Below are positions 19,108-28,651 of a DNA stretch of 48,813 nucleotides, piece by piece (position 1 is the first letter of the stretch; each line of letters opens with the position of its first letter). The notes below the pieces were generated by a model, which was given only the letters and a program-made list of their open reading frames with translations, had not been told where the DNA came from and ran no database searches. The position numbers were made by a program, and so were the translations under genes. The stretch comes from an uncultured Bacilli bacterium (GTDB lineage: Bacteria > Bacillota_I > Bacilli_A > RF39 > UBA660), in the NCBI GenBank assembly GCA_947628905.1, contig CANRBQ010000004.1:1-48813 (forward strand). Direction: 5' to 3'.

Positions 19108-20099
19108 AACTCGACCTCCAAAACTCTCTTAATAACTAATATGTAAAGTATATATAAAAGAACTGTAAATATTAACACAATTATTCCAAATGGTGTTGTA
19201 AAAAGAGGTGTAAAGTATGTTGGATTTAAAATAAATATTATTCCTATTAAAATAAAAGGTAAAAACACTAATAATTTAAAGACAAACTGACTAGAAGCAG
19301 TTAAACTATTAAGTTCATTTTTTAAATTTTTTCTATCAAAAATAGACTTTTCAATCAAAGAAAAAACTTTAATTATATCTCCACCTGTTTTATTAAGTAA
19401 ACTAAGTGATGAAGTAATATATTTAGCATCATCTAATTTTACTCTTTCATAAAATCTATTAAAAACTAATTCTAAATCTAACCCATAAGTAATATCTAAA
19501 TATATTTTTTTAAATTCATCTTGAATAGGACCATCAAGTTCATTTTTTACCACTTCTATTGCTTGCATAATATTTCTACCACTTTGAAAAGCATTATTCA
19601 TAATTATAATAGCTTTTAATAAATCATCTTCAATCTGTTTTCTTTTCTTCTTAAAATTAATATTTAAATAAATATCAACACTATAAAAACATAAAACAAA
19701 TACTAATAAAAATATTAATAAATTAAAATTAATTCTATGACCTAAAGCCATAACTAAAGTTAATAATAATCCCCCTATTAAAACTAAAAATTTAATAGCA
19801 ACATAATCTATTCCATCAACTTTATCTCTTTTATCAAAAGAAATATATTTATTATACTTTTCTCCATATTTTACCAATAATTTAGACTTTCTTAATTCTT
19901 TAGAAAATACTCTAATAATTTTATCTATTATAATTTTTATTTTATCTATAAAAGAATAATCATCACTAACATCGGTAGTTATAGCAAACTTCCCAATTCT
20001 TTTTTCTAATTTTATCGCACGAGAAAGACGAAGTAAATATATAATTACTCCCAATATTATAGCAATTATTAATATTTGAACTATTCCTACTCCTGCCAT
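19104..20099 (-). CDS. tadB: Tad pilus assembly protein TadB-like (T2SS F domain)
   Basis: NAFQSGRNIMQAI, NKTGGDI, LTASSQF. Confidence 0.82.
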   Translation of the reverse strand: MAGVGIVQILIIAIILGVIIYLLRLSRAIKLEKRIGKFAITTDVSDDYSFIDKIKIIIDKIIRVFSKELRKSKLLVKYGEKYNKYISFDKRDKVDGIDYVAIKFLVLIGGLLLTLVMALGHRINFNLLIFLLVFVLCFYSVDIYLNINFKKKRKQIEDDLLKAIIIMNNAFQSGRNIMQAIEVVKNELDGPIQDEFKKIYLDITYGLDLELVFNRFYERVKLDDAKYITSSLSLLNKTGGDIIKVFSLIEKSIFDRKNLKNELNSLTASSQFVFKLLVFLPFILIGIIFILNPTYFTPLFTTPFGIIVLIFTVLLYILYILVIKRVLEVEL

Positions 20100-20107
20100 A
20101 AAATCTC

Positions 20108-21550
20108 CTATTCTTTTGGCCCTATACCCTCATATTTACCACGATAATACATTATCTTTGGTTTTTCTTCTACTTCTTCTTTAATACCATTTTTAATTAA
20201 ATTATGTTGTTCTTGTACTTGCTTTTCTGGATAAAATATATCTTCAATATCCATTATTCCTCTAGCTTTAATCTTTTTATATACTTTAGGAACACCATCA
20301 TATAATATAAATTCTCCATCAACTTCCCCATTTTCAGTTAAACCATTCTGTTTAAAAGAAAAAATTTCATTTAATTCAATTTCCCCATCTGTAAAATCTT
20401 CTAATTCTGCAATACTTGTAACTTTTCTTCTTCCATCACTCATTCTTTCAATATTAACAACTAAATCTATAGCACTTATAATATACTCTCTAATAGCTTT
20501 AATTGGAATTTCTAGTCCTCCCATCAATACCATAGTTTCAAGTCTATTTAAGGCATCAAGAGGCCCATTCGCATGCATTGTTGTAAGTGATCCATCATGC
20601 CCTGTATTCATCGCTTGTAACATATCAAAAGCTTCTTTTCCCCTAACTTCCCCTACAATAATTCTATCAGGTCGCATTCTAAGAGAATTAATAACTAAAT
20701 CTCTAATTGTAATCTCATTTTTCTGTTCATAATTAAGCATTTTAGTTTCTAAAGATATAACATGATTTTGTTTTAATTTTAATTCTGCAGCATCTTCAAT
20801 CGTAATAATTCTTTCATTTTCTCCAATAAAGCCACTCAAAATATTAAGTAAAGTAGTTTTTCCAGAACCAGTTCCTCCACATATCAAAATATTGCACTTT
20901 CCTCTTACCGCAGCATCTAAAAATCTAGCCATATAAGGAGTTAATGTTCCAATTCTTATTAATTCATCAATATCATTCATTGATTCTTTAAACTTTCTAA
21001 TAGTTACAACTGGACCTTTAGTAGATAAAGGTGGTATTACAGCATTTATTCTTGAACCATCTAATAATCTTGAATCAACCATTGGATTTGAAGCATCTAT
21101 AGTTCTACCTAAAGGTTGAATTAATCTTTGTACAGTTCTAATAATATGTTCATCATTAATAAATGAAACACTTTCATCTTTAGTTAAAACTCCATCTATT
21201 TCTATATATATTTCATTTGGTGAATTAACCATAATTTCTGTTACATTCTTACTATTTAAAAGTTCTGATAAAGGCCCATACCCATTTATTTCATTATCAA
21301 TTAAATTAAATAAATGACTTCTTTCTAAATTAGATAAATCATACCCTTCTACTGTCTTATCTATCTCATTATTAATCCATTCATCTAAACTAATATCATT
21401 AGGCATTTCTTTATCAATTAAATTCTCTATTATTTCTGTTCTTAACTTATCCAATAATTTCTTATCTTTAAATATTTCATAATCACTTAAAATTTTATTT
21501 TCTTGTCTCTTAACTTCAATATCAAATGCATCTCTTAAACTTTGTTTCAT
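20108..21550 (-). CDS. tadA: CpaF/TadA pilus ATPase
   Basis: GYGPL, Walker A GGTGSGKTT, LRMRPDRIIVGEVRG, AMNTGHDGSLTTMHAN. Confidence 0.95.
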   Translation of the reverse strand: MKQSLRDAFDIEVKRQENKILSDYEIFKDKKLLDKLRTEIIENLIDKEMPNDISLDEWINNEIDKTVEGYDLSNLERSHLFNLIDNEINGYGPLSELLNSKNVTEIMVNSPNEIYIEIDGVLTKDESVSFINDEHIIRTVQRLIQPLGRTIDASNPMVDSRLLDGSRINAVIPPLSTKGPVVTIRKFKESMNDIDELIRIGTLTPYMARFLDAAVRGKCNILICGGTGSGKTTLLNILSGFIGENERIITIEDAAELKLKQNHVISLETKMLNYEQKNEITIRDLVINSLRMRPDRIIVGEVRGKEAFDMLQAMNTGHDGSLTTMHANGPLDALNRLETMVLMGGLEIPIKAIREYIISAIDLVVNIERMSDGRRKVTSIAELEDFTDGEIELNEIFSFKQNGLTENGEVDGEFILYDGVPKVYKKIKARGIMDIEDIFYPEKQVQEQHNLIKNGIKEEVEEKPKIMYYRGKYEGIGPKE

Positions 21551-22311
21551 GGTTGTGCCTCCTCTTTATATATATCCGTGATTAATTGCATTAAAGTAGT
21601 ATAATCTTTAGCAAAAATATTCGGCACTTTACTATCTAAAGTTATAATCTTTCCCCCCATAACTATACTATCAATATTTTTAATATAAAAATCTTTAGAT
21701 ATAACATAATCAATATTATTTCTAATAATACTTTTTATATCATATAAACTAAAATATTTCTTAAACGGACAAACACTTTCATTTAAAACAACTTTAAAAT
21801 TATTATAATTAACATCTTTTAAAATTCCAATTAAACTTCTCATATTTTTTAAATCTAAAGGATCATTAGTAACCATAAAAATAATCTTATCTACTAAATC
21901 CATTGTAAATATATTAAAATCATTAAGTACATGACTAGTATCTATTAATACTACATCATAATTAAAAACAGCTTTATCAAGTATTAACTCTATATATTTA
22001 GGATTTATTTTTCCCGCTTGTCTCGGATCTTTAGGACTAGCTAAAACATCTATTTTATCATCATATCTTGTTACATAATTCTTAAAATCTTTATAACGAT
22101 TATTATTATAGTCATCAACAAAATTATAAACACTTTTCTGTGGTTCAATATTAAGTGCTGTAGCAATCCCCCCACTAGCTAAATCAAAATCAATAACTAA
22201 CACTTTTTTATCTAATACTTCATATAAACCAGCAAGATTAAGCGTTGTAATAGTTTTACCTACTCCACCTTTAGCCGACGATATACATATTGATATTCCT
22301 TTATTATTCAT
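21547..22311 (-). CDS. CpaE/TadZ-like MinD/ParA ATPase
   Basis: SSAKGGVGKT, VLVIDFDL, VVLIDT; ATGA overlap with tadA. Confidence 0.85.
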   Translation of the reverse strand: MNNKGISICISSAKGGVGKTITTLNLAGLYEVLDKKVLVIDFDLASGGIATALNIEPQKSVYNFVDDYNNNRYKDFKNYVTRYDDKIDVLASPKDPRQAGKINPKYIELILDKAVFNYDVVLIDTSHVLNDFNIFTMDLVDKIIFMVTNDPLDLKNMRSLIGILKDVNYNNFKVVLNESVCPFKKYFSLYDIKSIIRNNIDYVISKDFYIKNIDSIVMGGKIITLDSKVPNIFAKDYTTLMQLITDIYKEEAQP

Positions 22312-22320
22312 AGCTTCACC

Positions 22321-22692
22321 CTAATCTATAACTATTTTATTATTATCTTTATACCCCATAATATCTATTTTAATTGTATATTTTTTAAGCCCAATAATAG
22401 CCCCAAAAATACTATCAATTTCTATTTTATTCTTAATTTCTATCTTCTCATTATCTAACTTTATTTCCAAATTATCAACATCAATTTTATTTTTAATAAA
22501 TAACTCTCTAATTTCTTCTTCATTAAGATTATTATTTAAACTATCTTTAATAACTATTTTTGTTGTTTCTTTTAAATTACTATTTTTACTAATTAATAAC
22601 CCCACATCGACAACAACAGCCATAACTCCCAAAATTAATGGTATTAAAATAATAAATAATATCAAAGTTTGGCCTTTTTTATTACTAATCAT
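22321..22692 (-). CDS. TadE/TadG-like minor pilin
   Basis: KKG|QTLILFIILIPL prepilin-type N-terminus. Confidence 0.75.
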   Translation of the reverse strand: MISNKKGQTLILFIILIPLILGVMAVVVDVGLLISKNSNLKETTKIVIKDSLNNNLNEEEIRELFIKNKIDVDNLEIKLDNEKIEIKNKIEIDSIFGAIIGLKKYTIKIDIMGYKDNNKIVID

Positions 22693-23023
22693 TTATAATA
22701 CTCCTCTTAATTTCTAATTTATAAGGACTATTTAATACTAAATTAAGTCCTGGTGTAATAATTTCTATTTCTTTTTCTAAACTAATTTCTCTATATTTTC
22801 CATCTCTATTCATCTCTAACTTAGAATCATCTAAATCTAATTCTTTTTTAATTTCATCTGCACTTTTTCCTTCTTGATATAAAGAAACTACATCATTAAT
22901 TGCACTCTCTAAAATAATTTTATTATAAAATATCTTTCCTAAATCTATAACACCTAAAAAAAGCATTAAAAATATTGGTAATATAATTATAAATTCTACA
23001 AGTGCTTGCCCTTTTTTCTCCAT
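22685..23023 (-). CDS. tadE: TadE-like minor pilin
   Basis: KKG|QALVEFIIILP. Confidence 0.85.
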   Translation of the reverse strand: MEKKGQALVEFIIILPIFLMLFLGVIDLGKIFYNKIILESAINDVVSLYQEGKSADEIKKELDLDDSKLEMNRDGKYREISLEKEIEIITPGLNLVLNSPYKLEIKRSIIND

Positions 23024-23047
23024 CTTATTACCCCTTTTAAGTAAAAG

Positions 23048-23260
23048 TTATTCTGAAACTTCTTCCTTTTCTTTTTCCTGACACATACCTTCTCCCGGTT
23101 TAGCTCCTTTAACATATTCTTCATCAACTAAACTACAAGAAGTTTTCGTAATTGCATCTTTTAAATAACCTCCAAAATAATTAACGAGAGCAATAGCAAT
23201 AACACTAATAAGTGCAATTATTAAAATATACTCTACTAATGCTTGACCATCTCTCTTCAT
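23048..23260 (-). CDS. flp: Flp/type IVb pilin
   Basis: MKRDG|QALVEYILIIALI Flp motif; likely start 23260. Confidence 0.88.
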   Translation of the reverse strand: MKRDGQALVEYILIIALISVIAIALVNYFGGYLKDAITKTSCSLVDEEYVKGAKPGEGMCQEKEKEEVSE

Positions 23261-23394
23261 AACTTTCACCCTTATCATAATAATGATATAATAAAATAGT
23301 TAAAAAGTCAATTTTTAAGCATAAATTAAAATAAAAATAACAAATAATAATCATAAATTTTAATTTTTATGATACAATTATTATAGGTGATAAT

Positions 23395-23724
23395 ATGTAT
23401 ATTAAAACAAATAAACAAAAATATAATATTATAGTAGCTAACTCTTTTCATAAAAGATTAATAGGTTTAATGGGTAAAAAAAACATTAACTATGGTATGC
23501 TTTTTCCTAAATGTAATTCTATTCATACTTATTTTATGAAAGAAAATATTGATATTGTTGGTTTAAATGAAAATAATGAAGTAATATACAAATATGAAAA
23601 CTTAGATAAAAATAGAATAATTAAAATTAAATATGAACCTAAAAAAACAAGCATTTTAGAAATGCCTGCTAATAGTACTAAAAAAATTAAAATTGGAACT
23701 ATTCTTCTTTTCGATAATGATTAA
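23395..23724 (+). CDS. DUF192-family protein
   Basis: ANSFHKRLIGLM, GMLF..CNSIHTYFM...IDIV, ILEMP. Confidence 0.82.
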   Translation: MYIKTNKQKYNIIVANSFHKRLIGLMGKKNINYGMLFPKCNSIHTYFMKENIDIVGLNENNEVIYKYENLDKNRIIKIKYEPKKTSILEMPANSTKKIKIGTILLFDND

Positions 23725-25280
23725 TTATTTAACAAATATTTAATCTTTTCTTTATCAAAAGCCATTAACATTAATCCAAGTTTAGGCCCTTTAGAAATTC
23801 CAAGCAACATATTATATAATATTTGAAAATATCTTTTTTGAGCTTTTTTTAATTCATCATCAGTTAATACTCCATCTTTTACTACATCATATAAAGCTGT
23901 CTGTAAATCATTAGTAGTTTTATAATTATTATCTAATAATAAAATAGTTTTATTTACCCATTCTTTTTCTAAATTATTCAAACTATTATAAAACTCTTCA
24001 TTTCTACATTTAAGTAAATTTATTTGATAGTCTTTTCCATAATCATTAACCCAATTAGAAGCAAGTTCTAATCTTTGATTAAATTCCTTTGTATTAGTGT
24101 CTATTCCTTCTTTATTTAACAAACATTTTAATAAACCTCTATCAAAATTAACAACCGGAAGAAAAGTCGCCAAATAACTAAAATTCGGATTATTTAAATA
24201 TTCTTTTTTTACTCCCGTTAACTCAACAATACTTTTATTTTTTTCATCTATAGTTCCCTCAAAATACATTTTAACCCATCTATCAAACTCACTATAATAT
24301 CTAATAACATCATTATCTAATGCTATATCAAACGCATGCATATTATCAAATCTTGCATAAAACCACCATATAATATTTTTATCATATACTTTTAATAAAT
24401 CTGATATAGTAAGAACATTTCCTGTTGACGAAGACATTTTTGCTCCTCCTCCTTTAATCCCAATAAAATTATAAGGAATATAAATTGGAGGCTCATAATT
24501 AAATATTTCTTTTGCAACCCTTTCTGATACTGCTTTACTTCCATTAACTGCCGAATGATCTATACCACCTGTTTCAAAAGTAACATTTTCTATCATCCAA
24601 CGCATTGGCCAATCAACTTTCCATTGCAATTTAACATTTGTTGCATTATTAATATTTAATTTACTTTCATACCCACATTTGCAAATATAACTAACTTCTC
24701 CTGTTTTAGAATCATAATTAATAATTGTCGTAGAATCTTTTTTACAATTATGACAATAAATACTTATCGGAAAATAATTTTTTCTTTCTTCTTCAGTTGC
24801 CTCTTGCGTTCTAAAATCATCTATAATATCAAATATTCTATCTCTATTATCCATAGCAATTTTAATATATTTATTATATCTTCCACTTTGATATTCTTTA
24901 GCCTGATAAATACACTCTACTTCCACATCCATTGCTTTTAATTCCTTCAAAAATCTATTTTCCATATATTGCGCATAAGACTCATTATCTGTAAATGGAC
25001 TAGGTATTTCTGTATAAGGCATACCAATATATTTCTCATAACTAATTGGAATATTACCAGGAACTTTTCTAAATCTATCAAATTCATCAAAAGACAAAAT
25101 ATATCTAACCTTTTTCCCTAAATTTCTCAATTCTTTAGCAACAAGATAAGGAGTTGCAATCTCCCTAAAATTTCCAATATGCACTAATCCACTAGGACTT
25201 ACTCCACTTGCCACTGTATAAACTTTTTCATTTGGTCTTTCTTGAATAATTTTTAAAGCAACTTCTTTCGCCCAATTCAT
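23721..25280 (-). CDS. lysK: class I lysyl-tRNA synthetase
   Basis: ASGVSPSGLVHIGNFRE, KLQWKVDWPMRW, KMSSSTGN, GPKLG; likely start ATG 25280 after AAAGGA. Confidence 0.95.
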   Translation of the reverse strand: MNWAKEVALKIIQERPNEKVYTVASGVSPSGLVHIGNFREIATPYLVAKELRNLGKKVRYILSFDEFDRFRKVPGNIPISYEKYIGMPYTEIPSPFTDNESYAQYMENRFLKELKAMDVEVECIYQAKEYQSGRYNKYIKIAMDNRDRIFDIIDDFRTQEATEEERKNYFPISIYCHNCKKDSTTIINYDSKTGEVSYICKCGYESKLNINNATNVKLQWKVDWPMRWMIENVTFETGGIDHSAVNGSKAVSERVAKEIFNYEPPIYIPYNFIGIKGGGAKMSSSTGNVLTISDLLKVYDKNIIWWFYARFDNMHAFDIALDNDVIRYYSEFDRWVKMYFEGTIDEKNKSIVELTGVKKEYLNNPNFSYLATFLPVVNFDRGLLKCLLNKEGIDTNTKEFNQRLELASNWVNDYGKDYQINLLKCRNEEFYNSLNNLEKEWVNKTILLLDNNYKTTNDLQTALYDVVKDGVLTDDELKKAQKRYFQILYNMLLGISKGPKLGLMLMAFDKEKIKYLLNN

Positions 25281-25300
25281 TTTTACCATTCCTTTCAATT

Positions 25301-25335
25301 AAAAATGACCTAAAACCATTGATTGTTTTAAGTCA
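25301..25335 (-). terminator. attenuator terminator upstream of lysK
   Basis: tgacttaaaac-aatcaatg-gttttaggtca followed by U5 on the minus strand. Confidence 0.8.
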
Positions 25336-25368
25336 CTTATCTTCTAATATTAATAAATTTAACTAAAC

Positions 25369-25455
25369 CTACTTTAAAGATACACTAAAACAACCAATAA
25401 CAATTATTGATTTCTTATTCTTCTTTAAAGATTTCTTTATTGGTCTATTTAGCAT
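25369..25455 (-). CDS. Lys-rich leader peptide (28 aa) MLNRPIKKSLKKNKKSIIVIGCFSVSLK
   Basis: RBS GAAAGGAAG; six Lys codons in codons 7-15; lies between a promoter and a terminator; not in the supplied ORF track. Confidence 0.72.
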   Translation of the reverse strand: MLNRPIKKSLKKNKKSIIVIGCFSVSLK

Positions 25456-25480
25456 AATAAACTTCCTTTCAGCTAAATTA

Positions 25481-25509
25481 ATAATACCTCATTTTATTTA
25501 ATTTGTCAA
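25481..25509 (-). promoter_or_regulatory. sigma-A promoter for the leader-lysK transcript
   Basis: TTGACA (25509-25504), 17 nt, TATTAT (25486-25481). Confidence 0.8.
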
Positions 25510-25517
25510 ATTATAAT

Positions 25518-26789
25518 TTATTCTTTAAATTCAAACATATAATCACAAATTTGGACTAAATCTCCTCTTTTAGCACCCATTCTTTCTAGCTCTTCTTCAA
25601 CTCCCATTCCCTTTAACTTTCTGGCAAATCTAACTACAGCCTCATCTTCAGAAAAACGTGTCATTTTAAATAATTTCTCTAGTTCTTTCCCCTCTAATAT
25701 CCAAATATCTCCATCTTTTGTAATTGTAAAAGGCTTTTCATCTTTAAATTTATAAACAACATGACTTTCTAATTCATTTTCATTATCTAAATCATTACTT
25801 AATTCTTCTAATATATTAGCACATCTTTCCATTAAAGTATCAAATCCTTCATTAGTAACCGAACTAACAGGAATAACTTCTTTATCTTTAAACTTTTCCC
25901 TAAATTTCTCTAAATTATCTAAAGCCTCAGGTAAATCCATTTTATTAGCGACAATTAACTCTTTTTTCTTTGCCAATTTATCACTATATTGTTCTATTTC
26001 TTCTCTAATACTTAAATAATCTTGTATTGGATCTCTTCCTTCTTCACTACCCATATCTATAACATGCACTAATATTTTTGTTCTCATCGCATGTCTCAAA
26101 AATTTATGTCCTAACCCGAGACCAGTATGAGCTCCTTCAATTAGTCCTGGTAAATCTGCCATAATAAATGAACGACTATCTTTTAATTTAACAACTCCTA
26201 AATTTGGTGCTAAAGTTGTAAAATGATAACTTGCAACTTTTGGTCTCGCAGCACTTATTGTTGCTAAAATAGTTGATTTACCTACACTTGGAAAACCAAT
26301 CAAACCTACATCTGCAATAACTTTAAGTTCAACTTTTAAAATCTTTTCTTCTCCAGGCTCTCCTAGTTCACTAATTCTTGGAGCATTATCACTATGAGTT
26401 TTAAACGCCGCATTCCCACGACCTCCTCGTCCACCTCTAGCAACTACTGCTTCTTTATTATCTCCAACTAAATCTGCAATAACCATATTTGTATCTTTAT
26501 CTGTTATTACAGTTCCCTCAGGCACTTTAATTACTACATCCGAAGCATTAGCCCCTTGTCTATTAGAGCCTTTTCCATTTTCTCCCTTATCTGCTTTAAT
26601 TATCTTCATATATCTTAAATCTATTAAAGTTTTTAACCCTTTATCAACTTTAAATACAATATTAGCTCCATGTCCTCCATTACCACCATCTGGACCACCC
26701 ATAGCTACATATTTTTCTCTTCTAAATGAAGTACATCCATCTCCCCCTTTACCCGCAACAACTTTAATTGTAAGTTCATCAACAAACAT
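25518..26789 (-). CDS. obgE: GTPase ObgE
   Basis: MFVDE..GKGGDG..SFRREKY, ADVGLIGFPSVGKST, YHFTTL, DLPGLIEGAH, NKMD, C-terminal DUF1967-like region. Confidence 0.98.
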   Translation of the reverse strand: MFVDELTIKVVAGKGGDGCTSFRREKYVAMGGPDGGNGGHGANIVFKVDKGLKTLIDLRYMKIIKADKGENGKGSNRQGANASDVVIKVPEGTVITDKDTNMVIADLVGDNKEAVVARGGRGGRGNAAFKTHSDNAPRISELGEPGEEKILKVELKVIADVGLIGFPSVGKSTILATISAARPKVASYHFTTLAPNLGVVKLKDSRSFIMADLPGLIEGAHTGLGLGHKFLRHAMRTKILVHVIDMGSEEGRDPIQDYLSIREEIEQYSDKLAKKKELIVANKMDLPEALDNLEKFREKFKDKEVIPVSSVTNEGFDTLMERCANILEELSNDLDNENELESHVVYKFKDEKPFTITKDGDIWILEGKELEKLFKMTRFSEDEAVVRFARKLKGMGVEEELERMGAKRGDLVQICDYMFEFKE

Positions 26790-26802
26790 CTAAAATCACC
26801 TT

Positions 26803-27564
26803 CTATTCATTTTCCTTTATCTTTATATCTTGATGTGTACTAATAAGTTCTTTTTCTAACTTATCATCTTTAAAATAATATTTATATTCATTTAAAACTA
26901 ATTTCTTTTCTACTTCTTCAAGTACTAAAGCATAAAAAGTATTACCCTCTCTTTTAACTCTCACTTGTCCTGCTCCAACATCATAAAATATATTTAAATT
27001 ATTATCTTCACTATCTACTAAATAATTATTATCATCTCTTATAAAAATCCCATTATTTATTAAAGATTCCCCTTTATCATTAAATAAATAATATTTCTCT
27101 TTTATTTTATCTTTATCTAAAGATCCCACTTTTATTAATAAATATTCTTTATTATTTTCTTTAATAATCTCTAAATTATTCATATCTATTCTTACATAAC
27201 TATCTACTAAACTATCCATAAATAAACTATCAATATTAAGTGCTTCTATATTATTTATAACATTTTCACTAATTACTTTTCCCCCATCTATATAAACAAC
27301 TAAATCACCCATTCCAGTTCCTACATCTTTATTAAAAGTAATATTATATTCTAATTTTAATTTATGTCTCTGATTATTTAAATAAACATTATATATTTCA
27401 CTTAAATTATTTTCAGTCATATTAAACGTAACATTTTCTATCTGTCTATTAATTTTTTCTTTAATATCTTCTTTAACTTCTCTATGATTTAAAGTATATA
27501 CTGTCAAAAATGAAATACCCCCAATGGCTAGAACTAATATAATAAAACTAACTACTTTTTTCAT
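26803..27564 (-). CDS. hypothetical membrane-anchored protein
   Basis: N-terminal TM helix, acidic extracellular domain. Confidence 0.65.
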   Translation of the reverse strand: MKKVVSFIILVLAIGGISFLTVYTLNHREVKEDIKEKINRQIENVTFNMTENNLSEIYNVYLNNQRHKLKLEYNITFNKDVGTGMGDLVVYIDGGKVISENVINNIEALNIDSLFMDSLVDSYVRIDMNNLEIIKENNKEYLLIKVGSLDKDKIKEKYYLFNDKGESLINNGIFIRDDNNYLVDSEDNNLNIFYDVGAGQVRVKREGNTFYALVLEEVEKKLVLNEYKYYFKDDKLEKELISTHQDIKIKENE

Positions 27565-27620
27565 TTTTTTATTTCTCCTTTTTGTATATTATATCAGCTA
27601 TTAATAAAATTTAAAACTAA

Positions 27621-27644
27621 AAAATCACTTCTAAAGTGATTTTA
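27621..27644 (-). terminator. intrinsic terminator
   Basis: aaaatcactt-cta-aagtgatttt inverted repeat at the stop of 27642..28640. Confidence 0.6.
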
Positions 27645-28640
27645 CTTAAATATATTAAATAGTTTAGCTTTATTGTTGCCACTTCCATTTAACCTTGAAA
27701 AACCTAAAGCCACTAAAAAGTCATCTAAAACTTGTTCATGCTCTTTTTTATCATCTACATAAGGAATATTAAAAAATACTTTTGTATTAGTTTCATGTTC
27801 AAAATCATTAATATCTTTAGAATTCAAAATACTTTTATTTAACACTACTATTTTCTCTTTTAATTTATCAAAAGCCTCTTTATCATTTCTAATCAACTTA
27901 TTAAGTTTAATTAAACCCGGTTCAATTAAATAAATAACTTCATTACATAAATTATCTTGATTAGAATCATTTAAATCTATCAAAATAACTTCTGCATCAG
28001 GATTATTAGCAATATTAAAAGATAAATCCAAAGAAGTTGTTGTTTTTAAACTTTTATCATTAAAATATCTAAAATCTTCATTATCAACTTCAATAGCTAT
28101 GGCATTATACGCTACTTCTAAATGTTTTTTTAGCATATATACTAAAGAAGTAGAACCAGCATGCGCAGTTACATTTTTAAACCCAATTATTCTCATTCCT
28201 CCACTGCCTGAACCTGTAAAAGAATCATAATTAACTTTGGTATTTTCTGTCATATCTCCACTTAAATTATGATATTGAGCAACATCTTTATAAGAATTAG
28301 GATTATCTATTAAAAATTTAACAGCATTAATATTTCTTGTAAAATTATAAATTCCCATTGAAACTAACTGAGATAAATAAGCTCCACTGTTAACCATCGC
28401 TGAATCATCTAATAATAAAATAATTTTACTCATATCAAAATTAACAGATAATTTCTGAATATTTTTAATATTTTGATATCCTTTAATCGCCGTTACATCT
28501 ATAATCATCTTATTAAAATAAAAATTAGTAAATTGACTTATTAAATCTTCAACTTCAAACTCACCATTGATACTTTTAATTACATCAATATCTAATGTAG
28601 CAAGCATATTCTGATATTTATTTGATACTATAACATTCAT
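27642..28640 (-). CDS. CpaE-like protein: receiver-like N-terminus plus degenerate ParA/MinD domain
   Basis: IIGFKNVTAHAGSTSL at the P-loop position, IAIEVD, VILIDL; last gene of the prepilin-like cluster. Confidence 0.55.
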   Translation of the reverse strand: MNVIVSNKYQNMLATLDIDVIKSINGEFEVEDLISQFTNFYFNKMIIDVTAIKGYQNIKNIQKLSVNFDMSKIILLLDDSAMVNSGAYLSQLVSMGIYNFTRNINAVKFLIDNPNSYKDVAQYHNLSGDMTENTKVNYDSFTGSGSGGMRIIGFKNVTAHAGSTSLVYMLKKHLEVAYNAIAIEVDNEDFRYFNDKSLKTTTSLDLSFNIANNPDAEVILIDLNDSNQDNLCNEVIYLIEPGLIKLNKLIRNDKEAFDKLKEKIVVLNKSILNSKDINDFEHETNTKVFFNIPYVDDKKEHEQVLDDFLVALGFSRLNGSGNNKAKLFNIFK

Positions 28641-28651
28641 TATAACCCTCC

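Noticed and set aside
21547-21550. Mycoplasma-type code 4 (TGA=Trp)
   Set aside because: TGA acts as a stop in an ATGA overlap, and conserved Trp residues use TGG.
24750-24941. 63-aa plus-strand ORF
   Set aside because: Antisense to lysK.
25301-25509. T-box or lysine riboswitch upstream of lysK
   Set aside because: No GGTGGTACC T-box motif or L-box features; the region is better explained by a leader-peptide attenuator.
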